From positions 54,211,932 through 54,271,331 of the forward strand of contig NC_068996.1 of the NCBI RefSeq assembly GCF_001194135.2: 59,400 nucleotides of DNA, written 5' to 3'. This DNA is from Octopus bimaculoides (taxonomy: Eukaryota). Both the position numbers and the translations under genes were made by a program. Shown here one piece after another: positions 1-13,566 of the stretch; positions within the stretch are counted from its first letter, which is position 1, and each line of letters starts with the position of its first letter. The notes under the pieces are model-generated. The model was not told the DNA's origin and searched no databases. It saw nothing but the letters and a program-made list of their open reading frames with translations.

Positions 1-59
1 AAAAATAAGGATTATCCGAAATTGCAGCAACATTACCTTTAATTCTATAATTATATTCT

Positions 60-194
60 GCCTTTTAAGACCAAAACACGTTTCAATTGCACCGATTAGT
101 AATCGTTACAATTGCAACCCCACTGTAAAACGGTGCACTCTCTTCAGGGTTTTGACTTGATATTCGTCGATATAGCCGTTTCATAATTCTCTGT

Positions 195-248
<54 letters not shown>

Positions 249-624
249 AACACATAAACACACACAGACACACTCATACGCTCACACACACTCAGACACA
301 TACTCGTACACAATATTTTTCATTTTTCTTTGCAGTTATAGACATTTCGTGAATCAAGAGTTATTAGATGTTTCGAAATGCTCAAACAGGTGTAATAAGT
401 ATCGTTAAACATTGCTAACAACCTGGGAACTTATGCATTTTCTATTAAGTAACTTATTTGACGGTGGTTACCCTATGTTTCGTGATAGTTATTCGACCTC
501 TTTGACCATTTTGATAGCAATGGATTGACAAAGATGTTTGTGAGTTGTGAGGCGTGCGTGCGTCAATATTCTCTCTCTCCCATGCTCTACAATATAGACA
601 GACAGACAAATACATAGATAAACC

Positions 625-661
<37 letters not shown>

Positions 662-1780
662 TTATGTAGAGATATGCAAATATATATAACTAATATAATA
701 TAGCACACACATACACACATACTCACACACTCACGCATATGTTTATAGTATTTATAATATTTCTGGTGGATTTGTTACGACAATGGTTGCCATCACATTT
801 GCTTTGAGTGCAGTCATTTAGAAATAGGTGCTGGTGCTGGTGAAGCTGTAACTCAGTCATTCTACGATTTGCAGAGTGTTGTATAAATACTGACTATAAA
901 AGCAGGAAGGGAGTACCATTAAATCACGAAAAATTGATGACAAAAAATATCATAAAAGCTTCTCAATCTGAATAATTCCTCTTATAATTAGTGCAATTTG
1001 AAGCCCAAGTAATTTTACAAGATATAAAATAAGAATAATAAAAGAATTACAAAAACTTTCATGCTCGCCAACATTGATAGTGAAGTCTTTGTGAAACACA
1101 AATGCATGCTTTCTACGCCAAAAAAAAAAAGAAAAGAAATTACGATATAGAAGCAACAGAAAATTTATTAGTTGATAGATCGAAATAGAAAACAAACAGC
1201 GTAATGATGAGTAAATTAATGACTTTATCTTAAGAATAAGTTTGCGAGCAGCATTTCGTAAGTTGAATAAATCAAAAAATCCGAGCAAGAGTTAGTGAAA
1301 CTGAATTTTCGTACCAGGATTACAATCTGTAGATATAAAGACGAAGGTATTGGATTATGTTCGTAATCATCCATTTATGATGAATTAATATCATTAGTAA
1401 CAACAGTATGCACTGAAACATCATTTGCTAAATTGAAAGCAAGAATCGATGGAGAAAATTTCTGTTAGCAAGAATTATTTGAACAATGATAAAACCTCGG
1501 TTAAGCAATATCAATCACTACAACTGCAAATGCACATGTTTATCGACTACCACAGTTGTGATCGAATACTTAAACAGGAAGTCCGCTATTCAAATTAAAG
1601 CATTATAAGTATGAAAAGCTAGGTCACGGTTTCAATTGTTGCTAGTCGCTACCTACATCATGTATCAGTGAAGCTTTATATGAATTTGTAATGTTTCCAT
1701 ACTAAATTGAACGATATTCCAGTTCGAATGTTCATAGGTTGAGGCGCGTTTTGTTCAATTCTTCCGTATTCTTTTATTGA
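60..1780 (-). mobile_element. Highly degenerate Penelope-like element (RT and GIY-YIG remnants), interrupted by microsatellites
   Basis: Frameshifted minus-strand pieces SNTFVF..YLQI..PGTKI..LLLGFF resemble the PLE RT motif NNxFxF..Q..GTAMGTK. LDSRNVYNCKEK resembles the GIY-YIG lead-in. The remnant ends in a hammerhead motif. Confidence 0.45.
72..154 (-). ncRNA. Decayed type I hammerhead at the 3' end of a PLE remnant
   Basis: CAAAAC-C-CTGAAGA-GAGTGCACCG..CGGTGCAATT-GAAAC-GT-GTTTTG. The cleavage-site nucleotide appears deleted. Confidence 0.6.
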
Positions 1781-1960
1781 TAAGATTCCTTCCACGTTAA
1801 TTCATCACTTGAACACACTAACAATTTACGACGGTTCGATATTTAGGGTGAAAGGAATAGTAATTGCTCATTTTTCATAGAATGAGGTTATGAAGCAGGA
1901 ATTTGGTTTCACAGATTCTCCATATAGAAGACTTAATAGTTTTATTGGAATTACATATTA

Positions 1961-2661
1961 TGGATCTAGTTCAAAACGGGGGCACCAGTTTTCATTTATG
2001 TTTTACGTAGTGTTTTTGGCACCGAAAGACTTTCAAACTTCGTATACTTATCTATTTTGTGTTATAGAACAGAAAAAAAATTTTGTATTCGAAGTTATTT
2101 CATGTAAAAAATTGTCTTATTTCGATAATTTCAACCAATCACTGACAAGTATTCAGCTGTTTACAGTTACTCCTTTGACAGTTTAAGCGATGTAAAGCGT
2201 ATTTAATCTCCAAGGGTTAGGGTTAGGGTTAGTCCTAGAAATAGCAGCCAAATATTCCTCAAATCACGGTACATAGAAAATTAGCGAAAAGTTGTTGAAC
2301 AGAAAATAAATANNNNNNNNNNNNNNNNNNNNNNNNNNNNNNNNNNNNNNNNNNNNNNNNNNNNNNNAATATGCTTCAGCCATTTTTTGACAAGGAAATA
2401 ATAATTTTATCACCGCCAGAATCGTTTGAGAATCGTTTGTTTACGTAGTCAGCACTTAATGTATTCGGCTGAATGGACGTCAGTCATTGGTTGAAATTAC
2501 AGAAATACGACAACTTTAATATGAAATAAGTTGCAATATAATAATTTTTCTTAAGAAGACTAAGAGAAAAAGATGTTTTATATGACACATTCTACCAGTG
2601 TCCCAAGTTTCAAAGTGTTTCGTTAAGAAAATACTGGCGCCCCCGTTTTGAACTAGATCCC
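1961..2661. mobile_element. Non-autonomous DNA transposon (MITE) with ~29-bp TIRs
   Basis: Left end tggatctagttcaaaacgggggcaccagt and right end actggcgcccccgttttgaactagatccc are inverted with 2 mismatches. ATATTA flanks both sides. It contains an N gap and (TTAGGG)3. Confidence 0.85.
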
Positions 2662-2903
2662 ATATTATATACTACAGTATATAGACAGTTATCTGCCCAT
2701 TGTGAAAGGTTAGCTCAGCGTTACATTAAAAGCGTCATAGGAGGAAATATTCCTCTTCACAAACTACCTTTACCATCGAGATTTAAACGAGAATTAAACG
2801 TCGAGAATCTTGGTGTAGTATTGTTATGTGCTTCCGTTGTCCGAAGGAGCACATCGAAAATGTACTATCAATACATCGGGTGCTTATGTATAGGTTCTTA
2901 CAT

Positions 2904-2946
<43 letters not shown>

Positions 2947-2954
2947 GGTGTGTG

Positions 2955-3090
2955 TAGGTGAGTGATTAAGAAGTTTGCCTCCCAACTACGTAGATAGTTT
3001 GAATTCATTCCTACTGCGTGGAACCTTGAGCAAGCGTCTCTTACTATACAGCATCAAGCCGACCAAAGCTTCGTGAATGGATTTATACTT
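2955..3090 (+). mobile_element. SINE family B, decayed 5' part
   Basis: Similar to the copies at 16838-17262, 35050-35400 and 39335-39500 (aagaagtttgcctcccaac..gccgaccaaagc..gaatggattt). Confidence 0.65.
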
Positions 3091-4607
3091 AAAAAATAAA
3101 TAAATCACCCCAAAAAAGATGACGTGACAACTGACAGCGTTGTAACAAAGAATACTCAATCATGTGTTAACCATAACACAGTGACAGATCGTATTAAAGA
3201 TGTTACTATACCAGCAATTACCAAAGTTTTCAGGAGTACCACTTTTGCATAGGAATCCAGAAATCTTTACATTGTAACGAGAAATAATGAAGTATCTTCG
3301 GTGAACTTGTCCATACAATAGCTGTCATCGTGTTTAATTTCAGTGTGGTAATTACAAGTTATGAGTCCTGATAAAATAATAAGCTACTCTAACTTTCTAT
3401 AAACCGCAAAGAGTTCTGTGAGCATCGACTAAAAAGGCAGAAAGGGGCATATGCCGTCTCTTCGTTTGTCCTATTAAAACGGGTTTATTGCTACTATTAT
3501 TTCAGGAGTCACCCTGGCACAGAAATAAGTTTCATTTTGAAACAACACTTTTCAAACAGAATTGAAAATATTCGCAATTGTGTTTTGAATAAAAACAGGC
3601 GGAATACTTTTTTAAGAAGGCTCGTTTTATGTTACATAATATAAAACGAGTTTATATATATATATATNNNNNNNNNNNNNNNNNNNNNNNNNNNNNNNNN
3701 NNNNNNNNNNNNNNNNNNNNNNNNNNNNNNNNNNNNNNNNNNNNNNNNNNNNNNNNNNNNNNNNNNNNNNNNNNNNNNNNNNNNNNNNNNNNNNNNNNNN
3801 NNNNNNNNNNNNNNNNNNNNNNNNNNNNNNNNNNNNNNNNNNNNNNNNNNNNNNNNNNNNNNNNNNNNNNNNNNNNNNNNNNNNNNNNNNNNNNNNNNNN
3901 NNNNNNNNNNNNNNNNNNNNNNNNNNNNNNNNNNNNNNNNNNNNNNNNNNNNNNNNNNNNNNNNNNNNNNNNNNNNNNNNNNNNNNNNNNNNNNNNNNNN
4001 NNNNNNNNNNNNNNNNNNNNNNNNNNNNNNNNNNNNNNNNNNNNNNNNNNNNNNNNNNNNNNNNNNNNNNNNNNNNNNNNNNNNNNNNNNNNNNNNNNNN
4101 NNNNNNNNNNNNNNNNNNNNNNNNNNNNNNNNNNNNNNNNNNGTGTGTGTGTGTGTGTGTGTGCGTGTGTGTGTGTGTGTGCGTGTGTGTGCGTGTGTGT
4201 GTCTATGTGTGTGTGCAGAAAAACTTGTAACATCCCCACATCACCTCGTGTTTGACAAGGGATTCGATCTGACATTGTGTTGAGATTAAAGAATTTGCAC
4301 AGTTGTTTAGTCATTAGAAAACACACACATAAATATATTTACTTTTCATTTTGTATTACCTTAACTAAATAATATCGTTGCAGCGAAATAATATAATGGG
4401 GAATACGTCTTTGAAAGTGTGTTTATAATGCCGACATTAAATCTACAACCATGAAATTATGAAATTATACATTCATACATATATACATACATACATAAAT
4501 ACGTATGTGCACACATATACCCACACCTGTATATATATATATAACAAATGTATGTACATATTTATATTTAAATGTTTATATAAATGTATGTATGCAGCTA
4601 TGTATAT

Positions 4608-4678
<71 letters not shown>

Positions 4679-5979
4679 TGTATGTATGTTTGTATGTATG
4701 TGTAATGAAATCTTGGTCACTATTCGAATTTCATTATCTCTAATGTTTCATAGCATGGATAACTCTTTTGTATTCATGAAAACCTCAGTCTACGAAAAAA
4801 TTAATATACTCTACATCAAGTATAGTGTACCATACTACTGTTACATTTACAAACGGTAGCATTTGTATGTATACAAACATTTGTATTTGTGCAAGTGTGT
4901 CTGTGTGTGTGTGTGCATGCGCGTACGTATGTGTGTGTATGTGTGTGTGTTGTGCATGTGTAGCTATATTTTACAATGTCGATGTGGAAAGAAGAGGAAG
5001 AAGCGAAAGAAATCAATTAAAGAGACACATAAAGGTGGTCTTAAATGTAAGTGAAGTTACTACTAAAGCTGATATTCTTGAAAGAGAAATTATGCAAAAG
5101 AGATGGACATTATATTTAAATATTTGCATAACACTGATATGGGAAACAGCTAAACAGACATGGGGAAGTAACTAGATCTCGTTGGAAAGTTAGAGTTTTA
5201 AAGATGTTTATACGATTTATTCGGAAAATTCAAAATAAACGCAGCCGATGAGATGCAAAATTAAAATGGGAATTTTAATATAAGGATGCACAAAATTAAA
5301 CTAGTAAAGAGAAGCGAAATGAAACCTAAAATACATTTACATATTTAAAATAATCACATGTTGAACATGGTTATCTCAGCACTTTCCTTTTATCAGTCAA
5401 ACTGAGTTTCATTTTCACCTCCCACATATAGCTATTTATATATATATACAACTATATAATTACATATAAAGCGAAGGAAGAATTTATAATAAACACATAA
5501 TGTCAATATTTTGCGTGTGCTCAAACATATATCTTAAAATGTTTACAATAAGTAGGAATAGAAAAGTAGAACCATAAGCGTAGCTCATAATGCAATGATA
5601 GATACTAATAATTGCATGTTTTACTCAGTAATATATAATAATAATAATAATAATAATGTATTATGTGTGTGAGCAAAGAGTACAGTAGGCGTTATACTAG
5701 AGTCTTAGAATGTAGCTAAATGCATAAGCTGGTTAAAAGTTGTATACAGTAAAGCAAAAAATATTTCCTACAAGGATAATTGCTGAAAATATTTATGTCA
5801 TATGGAGCTAAATGCAATTTTTTTCTCCAAATATCTTTTAAGGGTGGATACCTTTGAAAAGAAAATTTCATATTTTTCAGTTGTACGCAGTGTACGAGAT
5901 TTTCTTTTACATATATGATTTAGCATTATATTGTATCTTTTTTTTTTCATTTTAAATTGTATGAATTACTGATTTTTTA

Positions 5980-6700
5980 AAAATCTTGTATGAAAGTAAA
6001 GATGACACGTTACATTGCTTCTGGAGTACTTTGAAAGTGGAATTATGAACTGAGTGAAAAGTAACATTAAAGAATTAATCATACTCTGTAATACAGTTTT
6101 AGGTTTGTGTAACACACTAGTGCAAATTTAGGAGTGGTAGAATGAGATTAGTTGTGTTTTATTAGTTCTATTTTTATGAGTGACAATACTAGCAATTTTA
6201 TGAGGATATAAATATGTTCTTTAAACCCACTTCTAAGAACATCATTGTGATATTTGGAACAATCATTTAAAATACTGTTGTTTACAGAGATTTGGTAATC
6301 TAACTGCAATATGTTTTACTAAATATTTTACAATATTCCCGGGTTGTTACATTGCGTTTGGTTTTAGTTTCAATGAATTTACGATACGAATGGACTTGCG
6401 ATACGCCATAATTTATAGATAAATCTATGTAGGTGGCAGTAGCAATTTTTTTTTACCTAAAGTAATCAGTAGTTCAAAGTAGTTGAAGAAGTATAGTACA
6501 TTTAGGTTACTATAAATAAGACACAAAAGGCCATCATCTCTATTAATGCCACTCTTAGCAAGAGTGAATTTGGTTAGTAAATTGGATACTAAAATCAAGG
6601 TCACTAATTTCAGAGGAGACGTAAATCATATATTTAAAACTGAAAGGTGTATTAAAATGAATCTTTTTCATTTCGCAATCATATATGTAGCTGTCACCAT
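5980..6700 (-). mobile_element. Penelope-like RT remnant of the RDDG-motif type
   Basis: Minus-strand pieces SGINRDDGLL, YRK.. and QISVNNSILNDCSKYHNDVLRSGFKEHIY resemble the PLE RT C-terminal region. Multiple stops are present. Confidence 0.55.
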
Positions 6701-7005
6701 CATCATCACCGACTATATCATGATCATGATGATGATCATCATCATCATCTCCTCCTCCTCCCTCATCCTCATCCTTCTTCTTCTTCTTCTTCTTCTTCTT
6801 CTTCTTCGTTTCATAATCATTTTTACATAAGAATATTTCCCAAAAGATCATAAATTTCGAATTTATTATTCAAATTTCAAAATGCATATAAAAAATATAA
6901 AGTATGTGGTTTTTATTGAGTTGAATCCTTTCGTTTAGTTGCGAATGCATTTTCATTATGATTATGACAACCTTTATTTCCCTTGTTCAACTATGTGTCT
7001 GTGTG

Positions 7006-7049
<44 letters not shown>

Positions 7050-7269
7050 TATGGCTATCTATGTACCTCTCTAACTATCTGTATGCATATATACAAAGAT
7101 ACACACATATACATATATATATATATATATATGCATACAGACGAGGTCTGATCAAATAAGTATCCGGATTGTTGCTATAGTAGCGAGGCTTAAGCACACA
7201 GGATGAAGCCGTTTGGCAAGAATTGATCTTGAACTCTGCTGTGCATGCGCACTAAGATTTAATGTTCTA

Positions 7270-7935
7270 TCAGGTCAACCCATAAGTTCTGTCCGCTTTT
7301 ACCGTTTTTAAAATTGAATGAAATTTAATAGTATTTTAGAATGTCTAATGGAATTAAAAATTATTTTTATACATTTGTGTATATTTAAACTAATTAAATA
7401 TTATTTTACAGAATAATAGAATTAAAATTTCTTTGATTAAAACCCTTTCTAACATGGAAGTATTTGAGGCACATAATGCTTTATGAGTACAAAAAAGGAA
7501 ACTCTGCAGCCGAAGCGACTCGAAGCATACACTCAGTTTATGGGAAAGAATGCTTGAATGAAAGAACTTGCAGNNNNNNNNNNNNNNNNNNNNNNNNNNN
7601 NNNNNNNNNNNNNNNNNNNNNNNTGAAGATGAAGATCAAACAGGACGTCCAGTTGAGTTTGATGGTAAGCTCCTTGAGGCATTACTTGAAGAAAATCCTG
7701 CATTATCAGTTGAAGAATTGGCAATAAAACTTAGTTCAAACCATACAACAGTGCATCGTCATCTTCAACAACTTGGAAAGGTTCCTAAACTTGAAAAATG
7801 GGTGCCTCATGAATTGTCCGAAAGCAACCGCAAATCCCGAGTTGACATCTGCTCTTATCTCCATTCTCGCTAACTCATTTCACCCTTTTTGGATAGACTT
7901 GTGACTGGTGACGAAAAACGGATCTTCTATCGAAA
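7270..7935 (+). mobile_element. Mariner transposon, 5' half, pseudogenised
   Basis: TIR-like tcaggtcaacccataagttctgtccg. Translation RHIMLYEYKKGNSAAEATRSI..GRPVEFD..WVPHELSE..FLDRLVTGDEKRIFY shows the HTH, WVPHEL and the first catalytic D. Confidence 0.93.
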
Positions 7936-8465
7936 TGTATATGTATATGTATATTTATCATTGAATAAGTACAATTTAGCATAGAAAAAGAACGCTTTGG
8001 ATCTTGTCCTAAGAATATACAAATAAAAAATTGAAACTTTGATAAGAACCAGGATAGTCTTTATGTATACAAACTTATTAATGGGATATCTTGAGATCAC
8101 GATGTAGGATGAAATGAAATAAAAAATGAATTTTAGATTATTTACTCTAAGACAACCCATAAAAGCATGATTTATGTCATAGCATACTGAGGATGTGGTG
8201 AAAATTGCATTGGCCAGATAAGCATATCTTATAGAAAACGGATGACTTGAAAAATTTCAAACTATTTCACAGGGGCCGTTAGATGATTGGACAAGAATCC
8301 GGTGGCCGAATATTGTACCACCGAATGAAAAACACCCCAGGACAACAAAGAATTACCCAACAAATATTTTTATTAAAAGTATAAAGGAAATTTAAATCGG
8401 TAATTAATTACGGCATATTTTTTTTTAATTTAAGCACTAGTATTTGTTAAAAAAAATTTTGTCCA

Positions 8466-8915
8466 AGGCGGCGAGCTGGCAGAAATGTTAGCACGCCGGG
8501 CGAAATGCTTAGCGGTATTTCGTCTGCCGCTACGTTCTGAGTTCAAATTCCGCCGAAGTCGACTTTGCCTTTCATCCTTTGGGATCAATTAAATAAGTAC
8601 CAGTTTCGCACTGGGAGTGATAAAATCGACTTAATCCCTTTTTCTGTCCTGTCTGTGTAGCCCCTTGTGGGCAGTAAAGAAATAAGAAACGTTAGCACGC
8701 CAGGCGAAATGCTTAACAATATTTCCTCTGCCGTTACGTTCTGAGTTCAAATTCCGCCGAGGTTGACTTTGCCTTTCATCTTTTCCAGGTCAATAAGTTA
8801 AGTACCAGTTACGCACTGGGGTCGGTGTAATCGTCTTAATCCCTTTGTCTGTCCTTGTTTGTCCCCTCTTTATTGCCTCTTGTTGGCAATAAAGAGGGAA
8901 CAAAACGTTGTGCCT
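8466..8915 (+). mobile_element. SINE family A, tandem dimer
   Basis: ggcggcgagctggcagaaatgttagcacgccgggcgaaatg..gagttcaaattccgccga..taaagaaataagaa, then a second copy restarting at gttagcacgcc (~8690). Confidence 0.9.
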
Positions 8916-9082
8916 AGAGTAGAAAAGAATATATATTTGTCCGTCTCTCTCAGAATATTTAAAACACATAATGTGTGTTTTTAAGAAATTTGAATTATTC
9001 ATGTTCATCGCATAACTACCTTCTTTGCGTAGTCTATCTAAACCGAGGCTACTACCAATCGGTATACTATATCATATCTTAA

Positions 9083-9308
9083 CCCATTAAGTCCCACTGT
9101 CCTATAAATAGGACACTAAATGAGAACATTAAATAATCTATATCACATTTTTTTCAGCGTCCTATTTATAGGGCACTGAGTATTTCCATTTCTACTTGAA
9201 GTAAAGAAGTTTTACTTTTTTTTTTTTTTTCATTTTAACCTATTTTCAATCATCAGTATAAATTTAAAAGTAATATTCAGAAATTTAAGTACTCTGGGAC
9301 TTAATGGA
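9083..9308. mobile_element. piggyBac-type MITE
   Basis: TTAA|cccattaagtccca ... tgggacttaatgga|TTAA: 14-bp TIRs with one mismatch and a TTAA TSD. Internal gtcctat(a/t)..atagg motifs occur twice. Confidence 0.88.
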
Positions 9309-9499
9309 TTAACTGAAGACCAACATCCAGACATTACTCATGTATATTCTATAGACTGTCTTCCATGCGCAGTGAAACTGGTATGAAATATTACACTTTC
9401 GAATATATAATAATGTATTATGAGACGATGGAATTGTAAAAACATGTTCTAGAGTAATATGCGTAACTCTGATTTAAGGAAATCGTCAATAACTTTCTC

Positions 9500-9569
<70 letters not shown>

Positions 9570-10138
9570 NNNNNNNNNNNNNNNNNNNNNNNNNNNNNNN
9601 NNNNNNNNNNNNNNNNNNNNNNNNNNNNNNNNNNNNNNNNNNNNNNNNNNNNNNNNNNNNNNNNNNNNNNNNNNNNNNNNNNNNNNNNNNNNNNNNNNNN
9701 NNNNNNNNNNNNNNNNNNNNNNNNNNNNNNNNNNNNNNNNNNNNNNNNNNNNNNNNNNNNNNNNNNNNNNNNNNNNNNNNNNNNNNNNNNNNNNNNNNNN
9801 NNNNNNNNNNNNNNNNNNNNNNNNNNNNNNNNNNNNNNNNNNNNNNNNNNNNNNNNNNNNNNNNNNNNNNNNNNNNNNNNNNNNNNNNNNNNNNNNNNNN
9901 NNNNNNNNNNNNNNNNNNNNNNNNNNNNNNNNNNNNNNNNNNNNNNNNNNNNNNNNNNNNNNNNNNNNNNNNNNNNNNNNNNNNNNNNNNNNNNNNNNNN
10001 NNNNNNNNNNNNNNNNNNNNNNNNNNNNNNNNNNNNNNNNNNNNNNNNNNNNNNNNNNNNNNNNNNNNNNNNNNNNNNNNNNNNNNNNNNNNNNNNNNNN
10101 NNNNNNNNNNNNNNNNNNNNNNNNNNNNNNNNNNNNNG

Positions 10139-10174
<36 letters not shown>

Positions 10175-10299
10175 TGTATGTATGTATGTGTGTGTGTGTA
10201 TGTATGCATGTATAAGGAAAATAAGACAAGGTAGAAAATGCGAAAATAATTTTATCATGAAGAACATTTTAGTACCGGTTCCAGTCTATGCGACTATTT

Positions 10300-10665
10300 C
10301 AACTTAGAGTAAAGCATGAAAAACAAATTGTGGAAAAATTAAATGAAAGGAGGAGCCGACTGAGAGGGTTCAGCAACTAGTTATGGAAGATCATCGCGTC
10401 ACAGTCCATGAAATCGATTACAACGCTGGAGTAAGCACAGAACCAGTGCATTCCATTTTAACGGAGGCTTTGTGCATGCGGAGTGTGTTGATGAAATTTC
10501 GTCTTCGAGGTGCTGGCGGAGCAGCAGAAGTAACTCCGCATGAAAATCGCTCAGGGCATGCTGGTCTATTCTAACCACGACGCAGACTTCATGAAGACCA
10601 CCATCACTGGTAATGAGACATGGTCTCAGCTCGTTGCGTTCGGTCTTGTACAGGAAGAGTGACGC
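10300..10665 (+). mobile_element. Mariner transposase fragment
   Basis: MEDHRVTVHEID..VHSILTEALCMRSV..KF and DFMKTTITGNETW, frameshifted. Confidence 0.8.
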
Positions 10666-10671
10666 CATCTA

Positions 10672-11100
10672 CCTTATTTTCCTTATCGCGTACCTTGTCA
10701 GCTGGGCATGCTATATCTATGATTCAGCATCATTTGCTTTCTTTCTCAATTAAAACTATATCTTGTTTCCTATTCTCTATCTCATGGTCGCACTAAATCA
10801 TAAAATCCCATAGGATCTTTGCATTATCATTTTCGATGATGCCCTCGGGTTTATGTTAGTACCACTTTTTTTGCTCTGTCAAGTCCATATTTGTTCTAAA
10901 GCATCCAATGGATAATCCTTGCTATATTGTTATGATGTCTCATATTCTTTCTGGGTTTGTGGCGTACATTGACTGGTAATATGCCATACAGTTTCACCAT
11001 TTTGTCCTCAAATTCTACACTTATCAATTTCTGATGTGTTGTCTTTTCTGTATTTGATGAAATTGGTTCTTAATGCTTGCTCTTAGCACAGATTAGAACC
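10672..11100 (-). mobile_element. R4/Dong-type RLE LINE fragment (zinc knuckle and endonuclease region)
   Basis: Nucleotide similarity to 31860-32175 and 43230-43720 (gctatatctatgat.cagca, taaaatcccataggatctttgc). Confidence 0.75.
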
Positions 11101-11654
11101 CCCGTTTCCAGTTTTAAATCACTATTAGTCTCGTAAAAACTTTAATATCAACAATTTTGTGTGAAAATTTTATCTTTCTTTTCTCCCTGACTACCCGAAT
11201 AATAAGAAAAAATTAAAACAGTAAGCGCCTGCCAATATATACTGCACAATTACAAAAACTGTAAACGACAGCAAAATTTATAAAAAGAAAATAAAAATAA
11301 GAAAGAAGAGTTCAAAAATTCAAGAATTCAACGATGGAACATCAGTGTGTGTGTATATNNNNNNNNNNNNNNNNNNNNNNNNNNNNNNNNNNNNNNNNNN
11401 NNNNNNNNNNNNNNNNNNNNNNNNNNNNNNNNNNNNNNNNNNNNNNNNNNNNNNNNNNNNNNNNNNNNNNNNNNNNNNNNNNNNNNNNNNNNNNNNNNNN
11501 NNNNNNNNNNNNNNNNNNNNNNNNNNNNNNNNNNCTGACCTCCTCACCATCTACCGAATCTATTTACAGCCCTCACATATTTATGATTATCTCAAGTACA
11601 AGACAAAAGTTGAAACTAAACACCATTTAATAATACCTTTTAATAATAAATGCA

Positions 11655-11718
<64 letters not shown>

Positions 11719-11721
<3 letters not shown>

Positions 11722-12445
11722 GGAAGCGGTTGGAATCTCCCTATGTCCTGATCGATGATCCATCTAGTGATGGTGTCACAGTAAAAACACTGGTAATTGC
11801 GCAAGCTGATAATCGCTACCTCATATGAGTGACAATGAAAATAACAAAATATCGTGAAAAAAGGTGGTAATGAAGCTGAAGTCCTTGATGGTGTTACACC
11901 CGGCAGGCTCAGAGATACTGGTCTGACTCCAGCTTGTCGTTATCCAGCAAGGGAACAGCACACACGGTGTAGATGGAACAAACAAATCAATGCTGTGGTC
12001 AGGGAGTGCTACTGCCTGAGAAACCCTGTATAGGAAATTGGTGTTCATATTAGGGGATACCGACAACGTATGCATGATCAATGGTGAGAAAGAGGATTGT
12101 TTGAACTCACGGAACAGAGATCATGAAATCAAGCTAGAGCATTAAAAAAATCGTTCGTTCACAGAAGTAGAGCTCGAAGCTATCAAAAGACGAATAAAAG
12201 TAATCTCATAGCAGAAAACAGAGGTGAAATCTCTTATAAAGCACAGGAAAGGAACGATGATAGCTGACTCTGAGAGACATATAGACAGTTTGGAAGAAGA
12301 CAATGATACTAATGGTAACGTAACAAATGGGAAAAAGGTAATCTACGACAGAATAAAGGCAAGGCTAGCGACATTTTTTGCAAAAAAAGGTTGATCGATA
12401 GCGACATTTTTGCAACCTTAAAAGGTTGATTGGTGGAAATTGAAA
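11719..12445 (+). mobile_element. 5' end and ORF N-terminus of an R4/Dong-type LINE
   Basis: Starts directly after (AAT)n. Translation RCRWNKQINAVVRECY..RGYRQRMHDQW*ERGLFELTEQR..NQARAL..ELEAIKRR is typical of the R4-clade N-terminal region. Confidence 0.75.
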
Positions 12446-12450
12446 CAAAA

Positions 12451-12522
<72 letters not shown>

Positions 12523-12539
12523 GTTGTTGTTGTTGTTGT

Positions 12540-13565
12540 TTACTTTTCATTTGCATGTTTGTTGCATTCACTTGCCGAGACACACCCAGCGTCCTAGGGC
12601 GAGTGAAAAATAAGAAATGTTGCAGCTTAACTGACAACTTGGGGAGGAGGAGTGGCAGGAGCAGTAGCGAAATATCTTCATGTAATACAGCACAAACATT
12701 TAAATGGATAGTGTTTTTCTAAGAACGTGAGCAGTACTTGTCAGCACAATCTTTGGGATTTCTCTGAGACATGGTTCACCTGGGATCTTATCTAGATGTT
12801 TCTGGCATCCCTTTTTTTTATCATACCTAGGGCATCTACAATAATAGGAACAATTCTCGCTTTAAGATACATCTTTTGTATTTCAATTTCCAGGTCCTTA
12901 TATTTACTTAGTTTGTCAAATTTCTTTACAGATATATGTTTATTAGTGGGAAAACTTGCATCTATTAACAGTCATATCAATGAGGAAGCATGATATTTGT
13001 CTGAAGTCTTTCAGTATGATGTCTGGCCCATTTGCATCCATCCTTCTGTCAGTTCGAATGGTGAAGCTCCAGAGGAGTGCGATGCGATCATTCTCAAGTA
13101 CTGGGGGTGATTTGTGTTCCCACCAGTTTTTATCATGGGGCAAGTCCAGGTTTTTGCATATAACCCAGTGAATATATTGTGCAGCTCTATCATGCCTGTT
13201 GAGATACTCTGTAGGCGCAAGCAGACTGCACATGGAGACAACATGATCGATGGTCTCATTTTGTTGTTGGCATATACGACATAATGGGGAGCTGCCGTTC
13301 TTTAATATGTTGGCCTGGTAGTTCTTTGTAGGTAGGCATTGATCTTGGGCTGCTATGATAAACCCCTCTGTTTCTAATTTCAAGCCAGAGGCCATTAGCC
13401 ATTGATGGGTAAGGGCTTTGTCAACATCTGCATTATTCGCTCTCTTTGGGTATTTGCCATTGAGAGGTTTTCCATGCCATCTATCAGTCATAATATCTAA
13501 GGCAGTAATTTTAGCACGGGTTTTCAAGCGCTTAGCTTTTTCTGCGGGTGTTTCTAGTTCGTCTA

Positions 13566-13566
<1 letters not shown>
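12540..13566 (-). mobile_element. 5'-truncated R4/Dong-type LINE, 3' end
   Basis: ORF 12943-13638 contains ETEGFIIAAQDQCLPT, the CCHC knuckle CRICQQQNETIDHVVSMC, RHD and PD..D endonuclease motifs. It has a 3' UTR and a (CAA)n(TAA)n tail, with (TAA)n on both flanks. Confidence 0.92.

Noticed and set aside
60-950. Protocadherin-like fragments (NAQTGVISIVK, GTYAFSIK, DGGYP and a hydrophobic stretch) on the plus strand
   Set aside because: The words lie in different frames with many stops. The opposite strand is better explained by a PLE remnant ending in a hammerhead.
2213-2231. Telomeric repeat or chromosome end
   Set aside because: Only about 3 units, and internal to a MITE.
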